Below the pieces are notes generated by a model that was not told where the DNA came from, searched no databases, and worked only from the letters and a program-made list of their open reading frames with translations. Below, piece after piece: positions 14,738 through 15,242 of a stretch of 15,242 nucleotides of DNA. The stretch is from the NCBI GenBank assembly GCA_003280965.1, contig QCDI01000017.1, positions 1 to 15,242 of the forward strand, given 5' to 3'. The position numbers and the translations under genes are program-made. The first letter of the stretch is position 1. Each line of letters starts with the position of its first letter. This stretch comes from Prochlorococcus sp. AG-355-B18. Its GTDB lineage: Bacteria > Cyanobacteriota > Cyanobacteriia > PCC-6307 > Cyanobiaceae.

Positions 14738-15242
14738 TTACCAAGGCAAAACTTCTCCTTTGGCATGCCAAAACGTACCTGAGTTTTCTTTATTTAGAGA
14801 ATCAATACGTTTTAAAAGGCCATCCGCTGATTCTTCAGGACTAATTCCATTTCTTGTAAAGCCAGTCATTCTTGTACTTACTAATCCAGGATGCAAAATA
14901 GCTACATAAATATCTTCTCTTAATAAATCAATAGAAAGTGATTTTGCTGCCATCGACAAAGCAACTTTAGACATCCTGTAACCATAAGAACTTCCAGATG
15001 AATTATCTTCAATCGAGCCCATTCTACTAGTTATAAAAGCAACTTTAGAAGATTTTTTCAAAAGAGGTTTAAGTGATTGAGTGATAAATATTGGGCTTAA
15101 TGCATTAACTTCAAATTGACGCAAAATACTTTTTTTATCTAAGTTTTCAAAAGAATTAAATTCATAAATTCCTGCATTATTAATTAAGCAATCTAAATTA
15201 ACTCCAGATAGTTTTTTACATAAATTTGTTATTGACTCAACA
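14738..15242 (-). CDS. short-chain dehydrogenase/reductase (CsgA/C-factor-like), 5' end outside the window
   Basis: Frame is open to the window edge (…DCLINNAGI…); catalytic Ser in ITSRMGSI, YRMSK (YxxxK), LHPGLVST, C-terminal GEVLPW. Confidence 0.92.
   Translation of the reverse strand, partial: VESITNLCKKLSGVNLDCLINNAGIYEFNSFENLDKKSILRQFEVNALSPIFITQSLKPLLKKSSKVAFITSRMGSIEDNSSGSSYGYRMSKVALSMAAKSLSIDLLREDIYVAILHPGLVSTRMTGFTRNGISPEESADGLLKRIDSLNKENSGTFWHAKGEVLPW

Noticed and set aside
1..15242. CRISPR array, tRNA/att site, integrase or tycheposon hallmark genes
   Set aside because: No regularly spaced repeats, cloverleaf sequence or recombinase motifs were seen.

Overview
AT-rich (roughly 30% GC by eye) accessory-type region. 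Gene content and style point to a high-light Prochlorococcus genomic island (inference, not a database match). The left half holds a Crp-family regulator divergent from a four-gene phnD-phnC-phnE-phnE type ABC transporter with a candidate Pho box and no phosphonate or phosphite catabolic gene in the window. It is followed by an HNH nuclease, an LptA/OstA-like gene and a cytochrome c6-like gene. This ~6.4 kb block is bracketed by two direct, mosaic copies of a DUF3764-like + small lipoprotein cassette, and the left DUF3764 copy carries a +1 frameshift. The right half has an RCK-domain K+ channel, DUF1499, DUF3303 and many small proteins, several missed by the ORF track. It also has a second paralog pair with one copy broken by a 4-bp duplication, a palindromic NtcA-type box, a tight cluster of DnaA-box-like 9-mers with no replication genes nearby, and a coupled run of four tiny membrane-protein ORFs. 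Near the right end is a 40-codon ORF with a full-length Shine-Dalgarno and its own terminator, then a short-chain dehydrogenase cut by the window edge. No tRNA, rRNA, integrase, transposase or CRISPR array was seen.
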